From contig CAMBCF010000004.1 in assembly GCA_945864585.1 (NCBI GenBank), positions 762 to 64,761 on the forward strand: DNA of 64,000 nt, written 5' to 3'. The notes beneath the pieces were generated by a model. The model was not told where the DNA came from. It made no database searches and was given only the letters and a program-made list of their open reading frames with translations. Each line of letters begins with the position of its first letter. Positions within the stretch are counted from its first letter, which is position 1. The position numbers and the translations under genes are program-made. Positions 9,559 to 18,255 of the stretch are shown one piece after another. The stretch is from Bordetella parapertussis (GTDB lineage: Bacteria; Pseudomonadota; Gammaproteobacteria; Burkholderiales; SG8-41).

Positions 9559-10920
9559 TCAGACGGACACGCTACGCGCGGTGCGCATGGTCACGAATTC
9601 TTCGGCGCCCGTGGGATGAATGCCTATTGTCGCATCGAACTGCGCCTTGGTGGCGCCGCATTTGAGCGCTACCGCAAAGCCCTGGATGATTTCGCCAGCC
9701 TCGGCCCCAACCATATGTGCGCCCAACACGCGATCCGTAGCGCGCTCCACCACCAGCTTCATGAAAACGCGTTCCGGGCTACCGGAGAGCGTTGCTTTAA
9801 GCGGACGGAAGTGGGCGATATACACATCAATCACCCTGCCGCGCGCAAGCGCCTGCTCCTCACCCAGCCCGACAGTAGCTATATTGGGATGACTGAACAC
9901 GGCGGTCGGCACCTGCTCGTAATCCATGCGGCGGGAAGCGCTGCCAAACAGGTTATGCGCCAGCACCATGCCTTCAGCCAGCGCCACCGGGGTTAGCTGT
10001 ATGCGGTCTATGGCATCACCGATGGCGTAGATCGAGGGGGTGCTGGTACGGAATTCATCATCCACTTTGATCGCGCCATTCTCCGCGAGCAACACACCGG
10101 CCTCTTTGATCCCGATTCCGGCAGTGTTTGGCGCACGCCCGGTCGCATACATGACCAGGTCTGCCTCCTGCTTCGCGCCCGACGCGAAATGCAGCCGTAA
10201 TGCGCCCGCACTGCGCTCTATGCGCTCGATATTTTCCTCGAGCTTCACAGTAACGCCCTTAAGCGTCATTTCTTCCGCCAGGCGTTTTCCAAGATCGTGG
10301 TCGAAACCGCGCAGCAGTTGCGGCCCGCGATATACCAGTGTTGTTTGCGGGCACAGGCCATTAAATATGGAGGCGAACTCCACCGCAATGTAGCCCCCAC
10401 CCACAACCACGATGCGTTGCGGCAGATGCCCCAGGACAAAGGCCTCATTGGAGGTAATGGCGAGTTCGGCGCCGGGAATGCGTGGCACTACCGGCCAGCC
10501 GCCAGTCGCAATCAGTATGTGCTGCGCCGTCATGCGCCGTCCTGCCGCTACGACCGTGTGCGCATCACTCACCACGCCTCGCGCCGCGATAACTTCGACC
10601 CCGGCTTGCTTGAGCAGCATTGCATAAACGCCGTTGAGTCGCGCAATTTCGGTATTCTTGTTGCTGACCAGTGCCGCCCAGTCAAACGGGCTGGCGCCAG
10701 GTTTCCAGCCATAGCCGCGCGCCTCTTCGAAGTCGGACGCAAAGTGGGCCGCGTATGAAAAAAGTTTTTTGGGTATGCACCCCACATTGACGCAGGTGCC
10801 GCCGAGCCGGCTTTCTTCGATCAACGCAACGCGTGCCCCCAAACCGGCTGCTACGCGGCTTGCGCGCACGCCACCCGAACCGCCACCGATGGTAATTAAA
10901 TCGTAATCGTATTGCGTCAT
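9559..10920 (-). CDS. gor: glutathione-disulfide reductase
   Basis: GGGSGG dinucleotide fold, redox-active GGTCVNVGCIPKK and C-terminal HPTGAEEFVTMR. Confidence 0.9.
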   Translation of the reverse strand: MTQYDYDLITIGGGSGGVRASRVAAGLGARVALIEESRLGGTCVNVGCIPKKLFSYAAHFASDFEEARGYGWKPGASPFDWAALVSNKNTEIARLNGVYAMLLKQAGVEVIAARGVVSDAHTVVAAGRRMTAQHILIATGGWPVVPRIPGAELAITSNEAFVLGHLPQRIVVVGGGYIAVEFASIFNGLCPQTTLVYRGPQLLRGFDHDLGKRLAEEMTLKGVTVKLEENIERIERSAGALRLHFASGAKQEADLVMYATGRAPNTAGIGIKEAGVLLAENGAIKVDDEFRTSTPSIYAIGDAIDRIQLTPVALAEGMVLAHNLFGSASRRMDYEQVPTAVFSHPNIATVGLGEEQALARGRVIDVYIAHFRPLKATLSGSPERVFMKLVVERATDRVLGAHMVGAEAGEIIQGFAVALKCGATKAQFDATIGIHPTGAEEFVTMRTARSVSV

Positions 10921-11131
10921 GGATCCCCCAGGATTGTGTATGGGGGAATTCTAATCGGCAACCACCACAACGCGGGCGTATTTCAGCGACCGGCCGGGCG
11001 AATTGTTTTCGCACACCGGTTGGTGTGATTTTCGTTTAATCTGGGCGTAACATGGGCATGATCCGTGAATAAACTTGTTCAATACAATGTTTGTCGTTGC
11101 ACTTTAATTTTGCGACCAGGAGGGTTGGAAA

Positions 11132-13531
11132 ATGCTTACCATCGAATCGACTCCCGCAATGGCAGCCAGGGTGTACCAGACTATGGCCAAAAACCTCAAG
11201 GTAGTGCGACGCCGCCTGGGCAAGCCTCTGACCCTGGCGGACAAGGTGCTGCTCGGACACCTCGACGATCCGCAACGTCAGGACATGCAACCGGGCAAGA
11301 GTTATCTCTTCCTGCGCCCCGACCGCGTCGTTTTTCAGGATGTGCTGGGGCAGACCGGCCTGCTGCAGTTCATGCAGACGCTGCGCAAGCGCGTCGCCGT
11401 GCCGACCACGGTCCACTGCGATCATCTGATCCAGGCCCGGGTCGAGGGCAAGCGGGACTTGCGCGAGTCGCTTGCGGAAAATACCGAGGTCTATGACTTC
11501 CTGCGTGCCGCCTCCGCCAAGTACGGCGCGGGCTTCTGGGGGCCGGGCTCGGGCATCATCCACCAGGTGGTGCTGGAGAACTACGCGTTTCCGGGCACGC
11601 TCATCATCGGCACTGACTCGCATACGCCCAACGCCGGCGGGCTGGGTGCGTGCGCGGTCGGCGTGGGCGGCGCCGATGCGGTGGAAACCATCGCTGGTCT
11701 GCCGTGGGAAGTGCTGTATCCGAAACACATCGCCGTCTACTTAACGGGCACATTGAGCGGCTGGACCGCACCCAAGGACGTGATCCTCTACGTCGCGGGT
11801 GCGCTCACAGTGTCCGGCGGCACCAACGCCATCGTCGAATACATAGGCCCCGGCGCGCGCACCATCAGCGCCACCGGCAAGGCCACTATCACCAACATGG
11901 GCGCCGAACTTGGTGCGACCACGTCGATGTTCCCCGCCGACGACCATATGTCGAAATACCTGCGTGCGACCGGCCGTGGCGGGCTGGTGCCGCTGATGGA
12001 AAAGTACATGGAGTTGCTCCAGCCGGATCCGGAAGTTGAAGCCGACCCCGAGAAATACTACGACCGCGTTGTGCGGCTCGACCTGTCGACGCTCGAGCCG
12101 CATGTCGTCGGCCCGCACTCCCCGGATCGCGCACGCCCGATCTCCAAACTCGCCGCCGAGGTGTTTGCCGCGAACAACAAGTTCATCGACCACATTTCGA
12201 GCGCGCTCATTGGCAGTTGCACCAATTCTTCGTACGAAGACATGAGCCGCTCGGCAGACGTTGCGGAACAGGCGAAGGCGCACGGCGTGAAAGCAGCCGT
12301 GCCGTTCCTGGTGACCCCCGGCTCGGAGCAGGTGCGCGCCACTATCGAGCGCGACGGTCAGATGCAGTCTCTAAAAGACATCAACGGCGCGGTGCTCGCG
12401 AACGCCTGCGGTCCGTGCATCGGCCAGTGGCGCAGAGCCAAGGATGTCGCTACCGTGCCCAATACCATCGTCACCTCGTACAACCGTAACTTCCCGGCGC
12501 GCAATGACGGCCAGGCAACCACCATGAACTTCATTGCCAGTCCCGAGATCGTCACTGCGATGGCGCTTGCCGGAAAACTGTCATTCAACCCGCTCACTGA
12601 TATGCTTGCCGCTGCGGACGGCAGGCTGTTCAAGCTGAATGCGCCGAAGACTGCGCCCGAAGTGCCGGCAAAAAATTTCGACCGCGGCCATGCCGAGTAC
12701 ATCGCACCACCGCCTGACGGCAGCCGCGTCAAGCTTACCGTCAACCCCAAGAGCCAGCGGCTGCAACTGATGCAACCGTGGCTCGCATGGGACGGCAAGG
12801 ACTATCTCGACATGCCGGTGCTGCTGAAGACCAAAGGAAAGACCACGACCGATCACATCTCTCCGGCCGGCGTATGGCTGAGCTTACGCGGGCACCTCGA
12901 CAAGTTCAGCGATAACCTGTGTATGGGCGCGATCAATGCCTATACCGGCGAGGCCGGCAAGGTGAAGAACATGCTGAGCGGAGCGACCGGCGAAATGGTC
13001 TCGAAAACCGCACGCCACTACAAGGCAAAGGGCGTAAAGTGGGTGATCGTCGGCGATGCCAACTACGGCGAGGGCAGCAGCCGTGAACACGCCGCGTTGA
13101 GCCCGCGCCTGCTGGGCGGCGTCGCAGTTATCGTGCGCAGCTTCGCGCGCATCCACGAATCGAACCTGAAAAAGCAGGGCCTGCTCGCGCTCACGTTTCA
13201 GAAACCGGAGGATTACGAGCGCCTGCGTGAAGACGACCGTTTGAGCCTGGTCAGACTGAACAGCCTCGCCGCCGGCAAGCCGGTCGAGTGCCGCGTAAAA
13301 CACGCCGACGGCAGGACCGAGACGCTGCAGCTCAATCACACATTCAGCGAACCGCAACTCGAATGGTTCCGCCAGGGTTCGGCGTTGAATCTGTTCCATG
13401 CGGCGGCGAAGAAATCCGCTGCGAAGAAAAAAACCGGCAAGAAGTCTGCCGCGAAGTCCAGCGGTAAGGCGATGAAGAAATCAACAGCGGCGGGGAGAAA
13501 GGCGGGCGCACTGAAGCCCGCTAAAAAGTAA
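11132..13531 (+). CDS. acn: aconitate hydratase, mitochondrial-type, with a C-terminal Lys/Ala-rich extension
   Basis: Motifs RPDRVVFQDVLGQ, IGTDSHTPNAGGLG, GSCTNSSYEDM and NACGPCIGQW (Fe-S ligands). The last 43 aa are AAAKKSAAKKKTGKKSAAKSSGKAMKK.... Confidence 0.9.
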   Translation: MLTIESTPAMAARVYQTMAKNLKVVRRRLGKPLTLADKVLLGHLDDPQRQDMQPGKSYLFLRPDRVVFQDVLGQTGLLQFMQTLRKRVAVPTTVHCDHLIQARVEGKRDLRESLAENTEVYDFLRAASAKYGAGFWGPGSGIIHQVVLENYAFPGTLIIGTDSHTPNAGGLGACAVGVGGADAVETIAGLPWEVLYPKHIAVYLTGTLSGWTAPKDVILYVAGALTVSGGTNAIVEYIGPGARTISATGKATITNMGAELGATTSMFPADDHMSKYLRATGRGGLVPLMEKYMELLQPDPEVEADPEKYYDRVVRLDLSTLEPHVVGPHSPDRARPISKLAAEVFAANNKFIDHISSALIGSCTNSSYEDMSRSADVAEQAKAHGVKAAVPFLVTPGSEQVRATIERDGQMQSLKDINGAVLANACGPCIGQWRRAKDVATVPNTIVTSYNRNFPARNDGQATTMNFIASPEIVTAMALAGKLSFNPLTDMLAAADGRLFKLNAPKTAPEVPAKNFDRGHAEYIAPPPDGSRVKLTVNPKSQRLQLMQPWLAWDGKDYLDMPVLLKTKGKTTTDHISPAGVWLSLRGHLDKFSDNLCMGAINAYTGEAGKVKNMLSGATGEMVSKTARHYKAKGVKWVIVGDANYGEGSSREHAALSPRLLGGVAVIVRSFARIHESNLKKQGLLALTFQKPEDYERLREDDRLSLVRLNSLAAGKPVECRVKHADGRTETLQLNHTFSEPQLEWFRQGSALNLFHAAAKKSAAKKKTGKKSAAKSSGKAMKKSTAAGRKAGALKPAKK

Positions 13532-13589
13532 CTATGAACTCCGCACCATCACTTGTCGCGGATCACGCATCCGCATTGAGGAAAGTACC

Positions 13590-14369
13590 ATGATGCAAAT
13601 CAGTTTCCCCGGTTCAGGCAATCACATCACGCAGGCTCTGCAACGCAACAATTCGGGTAGCGCCCGGCGCCGGTGGACGCCTTGGATCGTGCTGGGCCTT
13701 GTTACAGCAGCCGCAGCATTGTGCATTCCGGTTTCTATCGCGACCACCACACCCGCGACCGGGGACGCCTATGTGTATCGTCTCGTGAACGGCTACAACC
13801 ATGAAACCGTCGGTCACATCCGCCACGAAGTTACCGAAGCGACTATGGCGCAGGGTGCGGTTGTTTCAGTCACGGTGGACAAGCCCTCGCTCGGGCTATC
13901 TCATACCGAAATCTACACTCAGGCGGGGCAGTGGGTGCGCCATCCCCTCGACAACCATGGCATCGCCGTCGATTATGAGTTCACTCCCGCGCTTCCTGTG
14001 TACCTGTCGCCGCTGGTCGCGGGCAAGTCCTGGTCGGTGCGGGTCAACGCGAAGGTCCCGGGTGAAAACACAAACCGCAGCGTGCGTATCGACGGCGAGG
14101 TGCTGGGCAATGAACGCATCCGCATGCCAGCCGGGGAATTCGACACCGTGAAAATCCGTCGCATTATTTATCCCGGCGACGCCGGGGATTTCAAGACCGA
14201 GACGCAAATCGTCGAATTCGACTGGTACGCGCCCATCCTCGGCCGCAGCGTGCGATCCGAAACCCGGTCGAGCTGGCGGACGCAGTCCGGGTGTCGTCGC
14301 GGGTACCGCGACTATCGCGGCGACTGGAATGTTCTCGAACTCACCGAGGCGCACGCGGCAACGCGCTAA
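13590..14369 (+). CDS. hypothetical membrane-anchored protein
   Basis: 259-aa ORF with one N-terminal TM segment (WIVLGLVTAAAALCIPVSIA). No family recognised. Confidence 0.45.
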   Translation: MMQISFPGSGNHITQALQRNNSGSARRRWTPWIVLGLVTAAAALCIPVSIATTTPATGDAYVYRLVNGYNHETVGHIRHEVTEATMAQGAVVSVTVDKPSLGLSHTEIYTQAGQWVRHPLDNHGIAVDYEFTPALPVYLSPLVAGKSWSVRVNAKVPGENTNRSVRIDGEVLGNERIRMPAGEFDTVKIRRIIYPGDAGDFKTETQIVEFDWYAPILGRSVRSETRSSWRTQSGCRRGYRDYRGDWNVLELTEAHAATR

Positions 14370-14371
14370 TT

Positions 14372-14489
14372 CGCGCTCCATTCGGCGGCTGCGCTGCCAA
14401 CCCCAGGTGCGTGAGGATGCACTCGATATTTCATATGCGCGCCAGATAGATGACGCCTTCCTCCTCGACAAGATGGCCGAGGCGGGTCA
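14372..14489 (-). mobile_element. IS91-family (Y2) transposase gene fragment a, internally deleted
   Basis: Minus-strand translation reads LLTRLGHLVEEEGVIYLA joined to IECILTHLGLAAQPP. This matches mid and C-terminal segments of the same family as fragment c. Confidence 0.6.
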
Positions 14490-14595
14490 GGAGCCGTAGG
14501 GCGCAATCCCGATTGCGCCGAATGCGTGCTGCCGATCAAGCACACGGCGCAATAGGACAAGGGAACACTTGAAGCGAAGCATTGCGCCCTGGCCC
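14490..14595 (+). repeat. 106-nt structured repeat, copy 1
   Basis: About 96% identical by eye to 15625..15730, in the same orientation. Contains alternating GGCGCAAT / ATTGCGCC boxes, two of each. Confidence 0.85.
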
Positions 14596-14603
14596 TACGA
14601 ACG

Positions 14604-14681
14604 TCACGCGCCAGCCTTTGCCTCACGCGCGAGATACAGCCAGGTCTCCACCAGGGTAGCGGGGTTGCGCGAAAGTGAGCG
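14604..14681 (-). pseudogene. 3'-terminal fragment of a diverged ppsA-like gene
   Basis: Translates to [24 protein letters not shown]-stop, against [24 protein letters not shown]-stop at the end of ppsA (21467..). Roughly 83% nt identity by eye. Confidence 0.75.
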
Positions 14682-14765
14682 ATAGACGGGTTTTCTATCA
14701 ATCAATAACCGTTCGTTCATACCCCGCTGGAAAAGGCTTGTTCTTGATTTGCCTATCGCCCCGGT

Positions 14766-14794
14766 GATATTCTAGTCAGTACGACTAGAATATC
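14766..14794. promoter_or_regulatory. perfect 12-bp inverted repeat (GATATTCTAGTC n5 GACTAGAATATC), candidate TA operator/promoter
   Basis: Lies about 60 nt upstream of the Phd/YefM-like ORF. The right arm contains the -10-like hexamer TAGAAT. Confidence 0.5.
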
Positions 14795-14852
14795 AAACAG
14801 CAAGGCATCGCCTTCCACCTCGCGTTCCCGCGCGCAATCAGGTTATTGGCCG

Positions 14853-15098
14853 TTGCAGGACGCCAAAGCGCGTTTCAGCGAACTCGTGCGTAAAGCCAGG
14901 AACGAAGGCCCGCAGCACGTTACCCTTCATGGCTGTGAAGAAGTCGTGGTTATCGCCGCTGAGGAATTTAACCGCTTAAGCGGTGATCTAACCGGCGCTG
15001 CGTTGATTGCCGCAGCGCAAGCGTCACCCTATCGTGATATTCGCGATATCAATCTTGCGCCCGCGCGCGTGCAAATGCCTGTACGCAAAGTCAAGCTG
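14853..15098 (+). CDS. Phd/YefM-family antitoxin domain (TTG start; ORF runs on into the toxin remnant to 15155)
   Basis: Reads LQDAKARFSELVRKARNEGPQHVTLHGCEEVVVIAAEEFNRL...PVRKVKL, typical of antitoxins paired with VapC/FitB. No clean ATG, and its own stop codon is lost. Confidence 0.6.
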
Positions 15099-15305
15099 CG
15101 CCCGCTATTCGAGCAAAGAACGCTTGCGGTCAGTGAAGACGTGATGCTCTAGTGCGCTTGCTGGTCGAAGGAGGTCGCAAAGCCGGCATACCTTTTCGCA
15201 GCCCGATCTTATTATCAGGCCACTGCGCTCCATCACGGATTGACCATCGTGTCACGCGATGTAACGGATTACACGCGGGCAGGTGTGCCTGTGTTCAACC
15301 CCTAA
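15099..15305 (+). pseudogene. VapC/FitB-type PIN toxin remnant (5' third deleted, in-frame TAG plus frameshifts)
   Basis: Pieces in three frames: LFEQRTLAVSEDVML, RLLVEGGRKAG, HTFSQPDLII and ATALHHGLTIVSRDVTDYTRAGVPVFNP-stop. The N-terminal catalytic LLDTNV region is absent. Confidence 0.7.
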
Positions 15306-15335
15306 ACTGATGCATTACCCCACGCTTAGGCGTGA

Positions 15336-15383
15336 GTACAAGGGCGGATTAGGCGCGTTTTTTGCGTCGTAACCCGCCCGTAC
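15336..15383. repeat. REP-like imperfect hairpin (GGGCGGaTTA ... TAACCCGCCC family)
   Basis: Same arm motif as the composite element at 18698..18803. Confidence 0.6.
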
Positions 15384-15384
15384 C

Positions 15385-15624
15385 GCTTACCGGCGGCCAA
15401 GCACGTTATCCGCATCAATCAAACCGTTACTGCCAGCCAGACGGAGACGCCCTCCTGTTCGATCGAATGACCGGCGTACGTCAGTAAAATCTTGATTCTT
15501 TTTTGTCGAGCAAGGCTTGTAGCTGTTGGTTACTTGGGGCCGGTGGGACATGGAACACTGGCGCGCCCTCGCCGCCGGTGCGATAGACGTCCAGGCCATG
15601 CAGGTGAATGTTCAGCTTAGCGGC
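15385..15624 (-). mobile_element. IS91-family transposase gene fragment b (HUH-motif region), frameshifted
   Basis: Minus-strand translation reads KLNIHLHGLDVYRTGGEGAPVFHVPPAPSNQQLQALL, then in another frame LTYAGHSIEQEGVSVWLA. The HLH sequence is an HUH-type motif. Confidence 0.6.
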
Positions 15625-15730
15625 GGAGCCGTAGGGCGCAATCCCTATTGCGCCGAATGCGTGTTGCGGATCAAGCACACGGCGCAATAGGACAACGGAA
15701 CACTTGAAGCGAAGCATTGCGCCCTGGCCC
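15625..15730 (+). repeat. 106-nt structured repeat, copy 2
   Basis: Second copy of 14490..14595, with about 4 mismatches by eye. Confidence 0.85.
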
Positions 15731-15903
15731 CATCTCGTCGCGCACTTTTTTCATCGCGCGGCATTCGAGTTCGAATGACTTTCTGAAACTATCGGAGATA
15801 TAACGTGACGCGCCACGGAATCCCAGCATGGAGATGCACGCCGATCATGCGCGCGATAATGAATTCCAGCCGCGCCAGTCCCACGCCTTCATTCGGCAGG
15901 CGG
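15727..15903 (-). pseudogene. two joined internal ppsA fragments
   Basis: 15727..15831 matches ppsA 21943..22047 with about 5 mismatches. 15833..15903 matches ppsA 22285..22355 with about 3 mismatches. 237 nt of ppsA is missing between them. The ORF track shows the shared antisense peptide [19 protein letters not shown] in ORFs 15805.. and 22281... Confidence 0.85.
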
Positions 15904-16014
15904 AAATATTTCTTCCCACTGCACGCGATCATGCGGCAAATCCTTCGCGTGAAACACTATCGCGTTGCTGGTGCCGCCGCGCATGAACACTGCGGGCAGT
16001 TTAAATTGCCTCAT
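15889..16014 (-). pseudogene. 5' stub of a PrpF / methylitaconate-isomerase-family gene
   Basis: An ATG at 16014 is preceded by GGGAGA. It translates to [37 protein letters not shown], a PrpF-like N-terminus, then runs out of frame into the ppsA fragment and stops. Confidence 0.6.
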
Positions 16015-16040
16015 ATAAATTCTCCCTTAAAAACAATTAC

Positions 16041-16628
16041 TTAATTTTTTTGCTGAAGTACCCAACCGGCCAACTGCGCTAGCTCCGCGTCGGACAGTTG
16101 GGCATTCGGCGGCATCGGCGCGGCGCCCCACGCGCCTGCGCCGCCATACTTGATTTTTTTTGTCAGCGCACCGCGGGCGCCGGCGTCGCCCGCGTATTTC
16201 GCCGCCACCTCTTTAAAGGAGGGACCTACCACACGCTTGTCGATCTGATGACACGCCATGCAGGCATTCGTGGTCAGCAGGCGGGCTACCGGATCGCCGG
16301 ATAGCGCCGGCGTCGTGGCATCGGCCGCAGGCGGCGCGCTGTCGCGGTTGTAATACGTGGCGAGGTATTCAAGTATCGGTGCGATTTCCTCGGGCGCAAT
16401 CGGCGCGCCGCGCTCAATCATGTTTTTGATACTGAATTCCCATTCGCCGCGCGAAAGCTTGGTGCGCGTGATGTGCGTGGCATCATGGCACAGCACACAG
16501 CGCGTGATGGTGATCTCCACGCCCTTGCCGGGAGCCAGTGTTTTGGAAGGCGCGCGTTCGTCCTGCGCTTGCAGCGGCGCGAGACCCGCCGCCAGACAAA
16601 TGCCCGCCAGCGCGGCGCGCAGGCGCAT
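16041..16628 (-). CDS. sorB: dihaem c-type cytochrome, sulfite dehydrogenase cytochrome subunit-like
   Basis: Signal peptide and two CxxCH motifs (CVLCH, CMACH). ATGA start/stop overlap with the upstream molybdoenzyme gene. Confidence 0.8.
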   Translation of the reverse strand: MRLRAALAGICLAAGLAPLQAQDERAPSKTLAPGKGVEITITRCVLCHDATHITRTKLSRGEWEFSIKNMIERGAPIAPEEIAPILEYLATYYNRDSAPPAADATTPALSGDPVARLLTTNACMACHQIDKRVVGPSFKEVAAKYAGDAGARGALTKKIKYGGAGAWGAAPMPPNAQLSDAELAQLAGWVLQQKN

Positions 16629-17917
16629 CAGGCTTCAACCATAAAGCCGACGCGGTGGATGCCATTCCAGAAATACCCCAGCGGATTCCACGCGGTCACA
16701 ATCGGTTGCACATTGCCGCGGCTGTCGGTGGCGCGCGCCAGCACGGTGACAAAGCCCGGCCCGCGCGGGGTGTACTCGTGCGCGAACGTGCGCCAGGCAT
16801 ACGGATCGCCACTGCGGTCAAGCGATGCGCGCTGCCAGCTTGCACCCTCGTCAAACGATACGTCCACGCGGCTGATATTGCCCTCGCCCACCCACGCGCG
16901 GCCTTCCACCTGCACCGCCTTTTCCGCCTTGAACAGGGCATTGGGCGCGGGAGTGGTAATCATCGATTTCACTGGCCACGCCTCCGTCACCAGTGCATCC
17001 GGCGGCAATTTTTCGCCCGGCCTCACGGCGTGGCGTGGTATGCGGTAGCTGGTGTCCATGTAGGTGCCCTTGAACGGCGCGTCCAGCACGGTCAGCGTAT
17101 GCAACCACTTGGTCGAGGCGGAAGCCGCCCAGCCGGGCACGACCAGACGCAGCGGATAACCGTGGATTTTCGGCAGCGGTCCGTCGTTCATGCCGAACAC
17201 GATCATCGTGCCCGTATCCAGGGCTTTCGCCATGGGAATCGAACGAATAATCGGCGCGGCCGTTGCCACCACGCCGAAATCGCCGCCCTGTCCGGCGACG
17301 TGCGCCGCGCCCGCCTTCAGGCCGGCGGCCTGCAACACATCGCGCAACAGCACGCCGTTCCACACCGGGCAACCCATGCCGCCGGTCGCCTGCCACGGCG
17401 TGCCGCTTGGGCGCGGATTGAAGGCCGTGCGTCCGGCGCCCGCGCACTCGAGCATGGCCTGCATGCGCACGACGCGAAACGACTTGCGAAGCTCTTCTAC
17501 GCCATAACTGACCTCGCGCTCGGTCAAACCCTTGATCGTCAAACGGTGTTGCGCGATATCGATGTCGGGCGTCAGCAAATTGTTGCGAACGAACATGCGG
17601 TCATTGGGCGTCACCGCGAAATGATGGTGTTCCGCAGTTACGCTGGCGGTCAACGGTCGTTCGGAATGCATCGGCATGCCGGAGAATTTTTCCGCCATCA
17701 CCGTGCTGTTGGGAATCGCGCCTGCGGGTTCGGGCGGCGGCGTGGGCGCATTCTGTGCAAGCGCCGGGGTTGACACCCCTGCCGTGGCCGCTACGGCTGC
17801 GGCGCCTGCGCCGACGACACGCTCCAAAAAATCGCGCCGTGAGATTAAATCGGCGGGTGTGGGGGCGGGTGGGCGGGCGAGTGAAGGGTTCATGGTGACG
17901 GATCCTGTGTGAATCAC
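16628..17917 (-). CDS. sorA: sulfite-oxidase-family molybdopterin oxidoreductase (sulfite dehydrogenase catalytic subunit)
   Basis: Tat leader SRRDFLERVVGAGAAAVA, Mo-ligand cysteine context MLECAGAGR and a C-terminal dimerisation-domain-like region. Confidence 0.85.
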   Translation of the reverse strand: MIHTGSVTMNPSLARPPAPTPADLISRRDFLERVVGAGAAAVAATAGVSTPALAQNAPTPPPEPAGAIPNSTVMAEKFSGMPMHSERPLTASVTAEHHHFAVTPNDRMFVRNNLLTPDIDIAQHRLTIKGLTEREVSYGVEELRKSFRVVRMQAMLECAGAGRTAFNPRPSGTPWQATGGMGCPVWNGVLLRDVLQAAGLKAGAAHVAGQGGDFGVVATAAPIIRSIPMAKALDTGTMIVFGMNDGPLPKIHGYPLRLVVPGWAASASTKWLHTLTVLDAPFKGTYMDTSYRIPRHAVRPGEKLPPDALVTEAWPVKSMITTPAPNALFKAEKAVQVEGRAWVGEGNISRVDVSFDEGASWQRASLDRSGDPYAWRTFAHEYTPRGPGFVTVLARATDSRGNVQPIVTAWNPLGYFWNGIHRVGFMVEA

Positions 17918-18255
17918 TATTGTGTGTGGATAGAAATTTTATACACTATTTTTCACCAGTCAGCAATTTATCCCCCGCCCGGCGAACAGTCAAATGCGTG
18001 AATTTTCACCAAGCCTCGATGTTATTTTGAAAATATTGCCGCGCGAAACGTTCCGTAGCGGCTGATTTGCGGCCCATCGACGCATTAACACGAGCACCAG
18101 CCGAGCCCACCCATCAACCCTGGCAAAAACCAGTCGGAATCCGGGAATCAAGCCGCCTGAAAAAGATCAACCCGCCGCGCCGGCGCGCGTGGCGGCGGCT
18201 GCGCGCACAACCCCAGATGCGTGAGAATGCGCTCAATCACCGAAGGTTCTTCGAT

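Noticed and set aside
14366-14701. 111-aa minus-strand ORF, together with 15481..15717(-) and 15805..16044(+).
   Set aside because: These run across the 106-nt repeat, ppsA fragments and transposase shards, or antisense to them. They are explained entirely by those remnants.
14490-15730. Possible CRISPR-like or other array formed by the 106-nt repeat.
   Set aside because: There are only two copies, the repeat is far longer than CRISPR repeats, the copies are separated by about 1 kb of gene debris, and no cas genes are present in the window.
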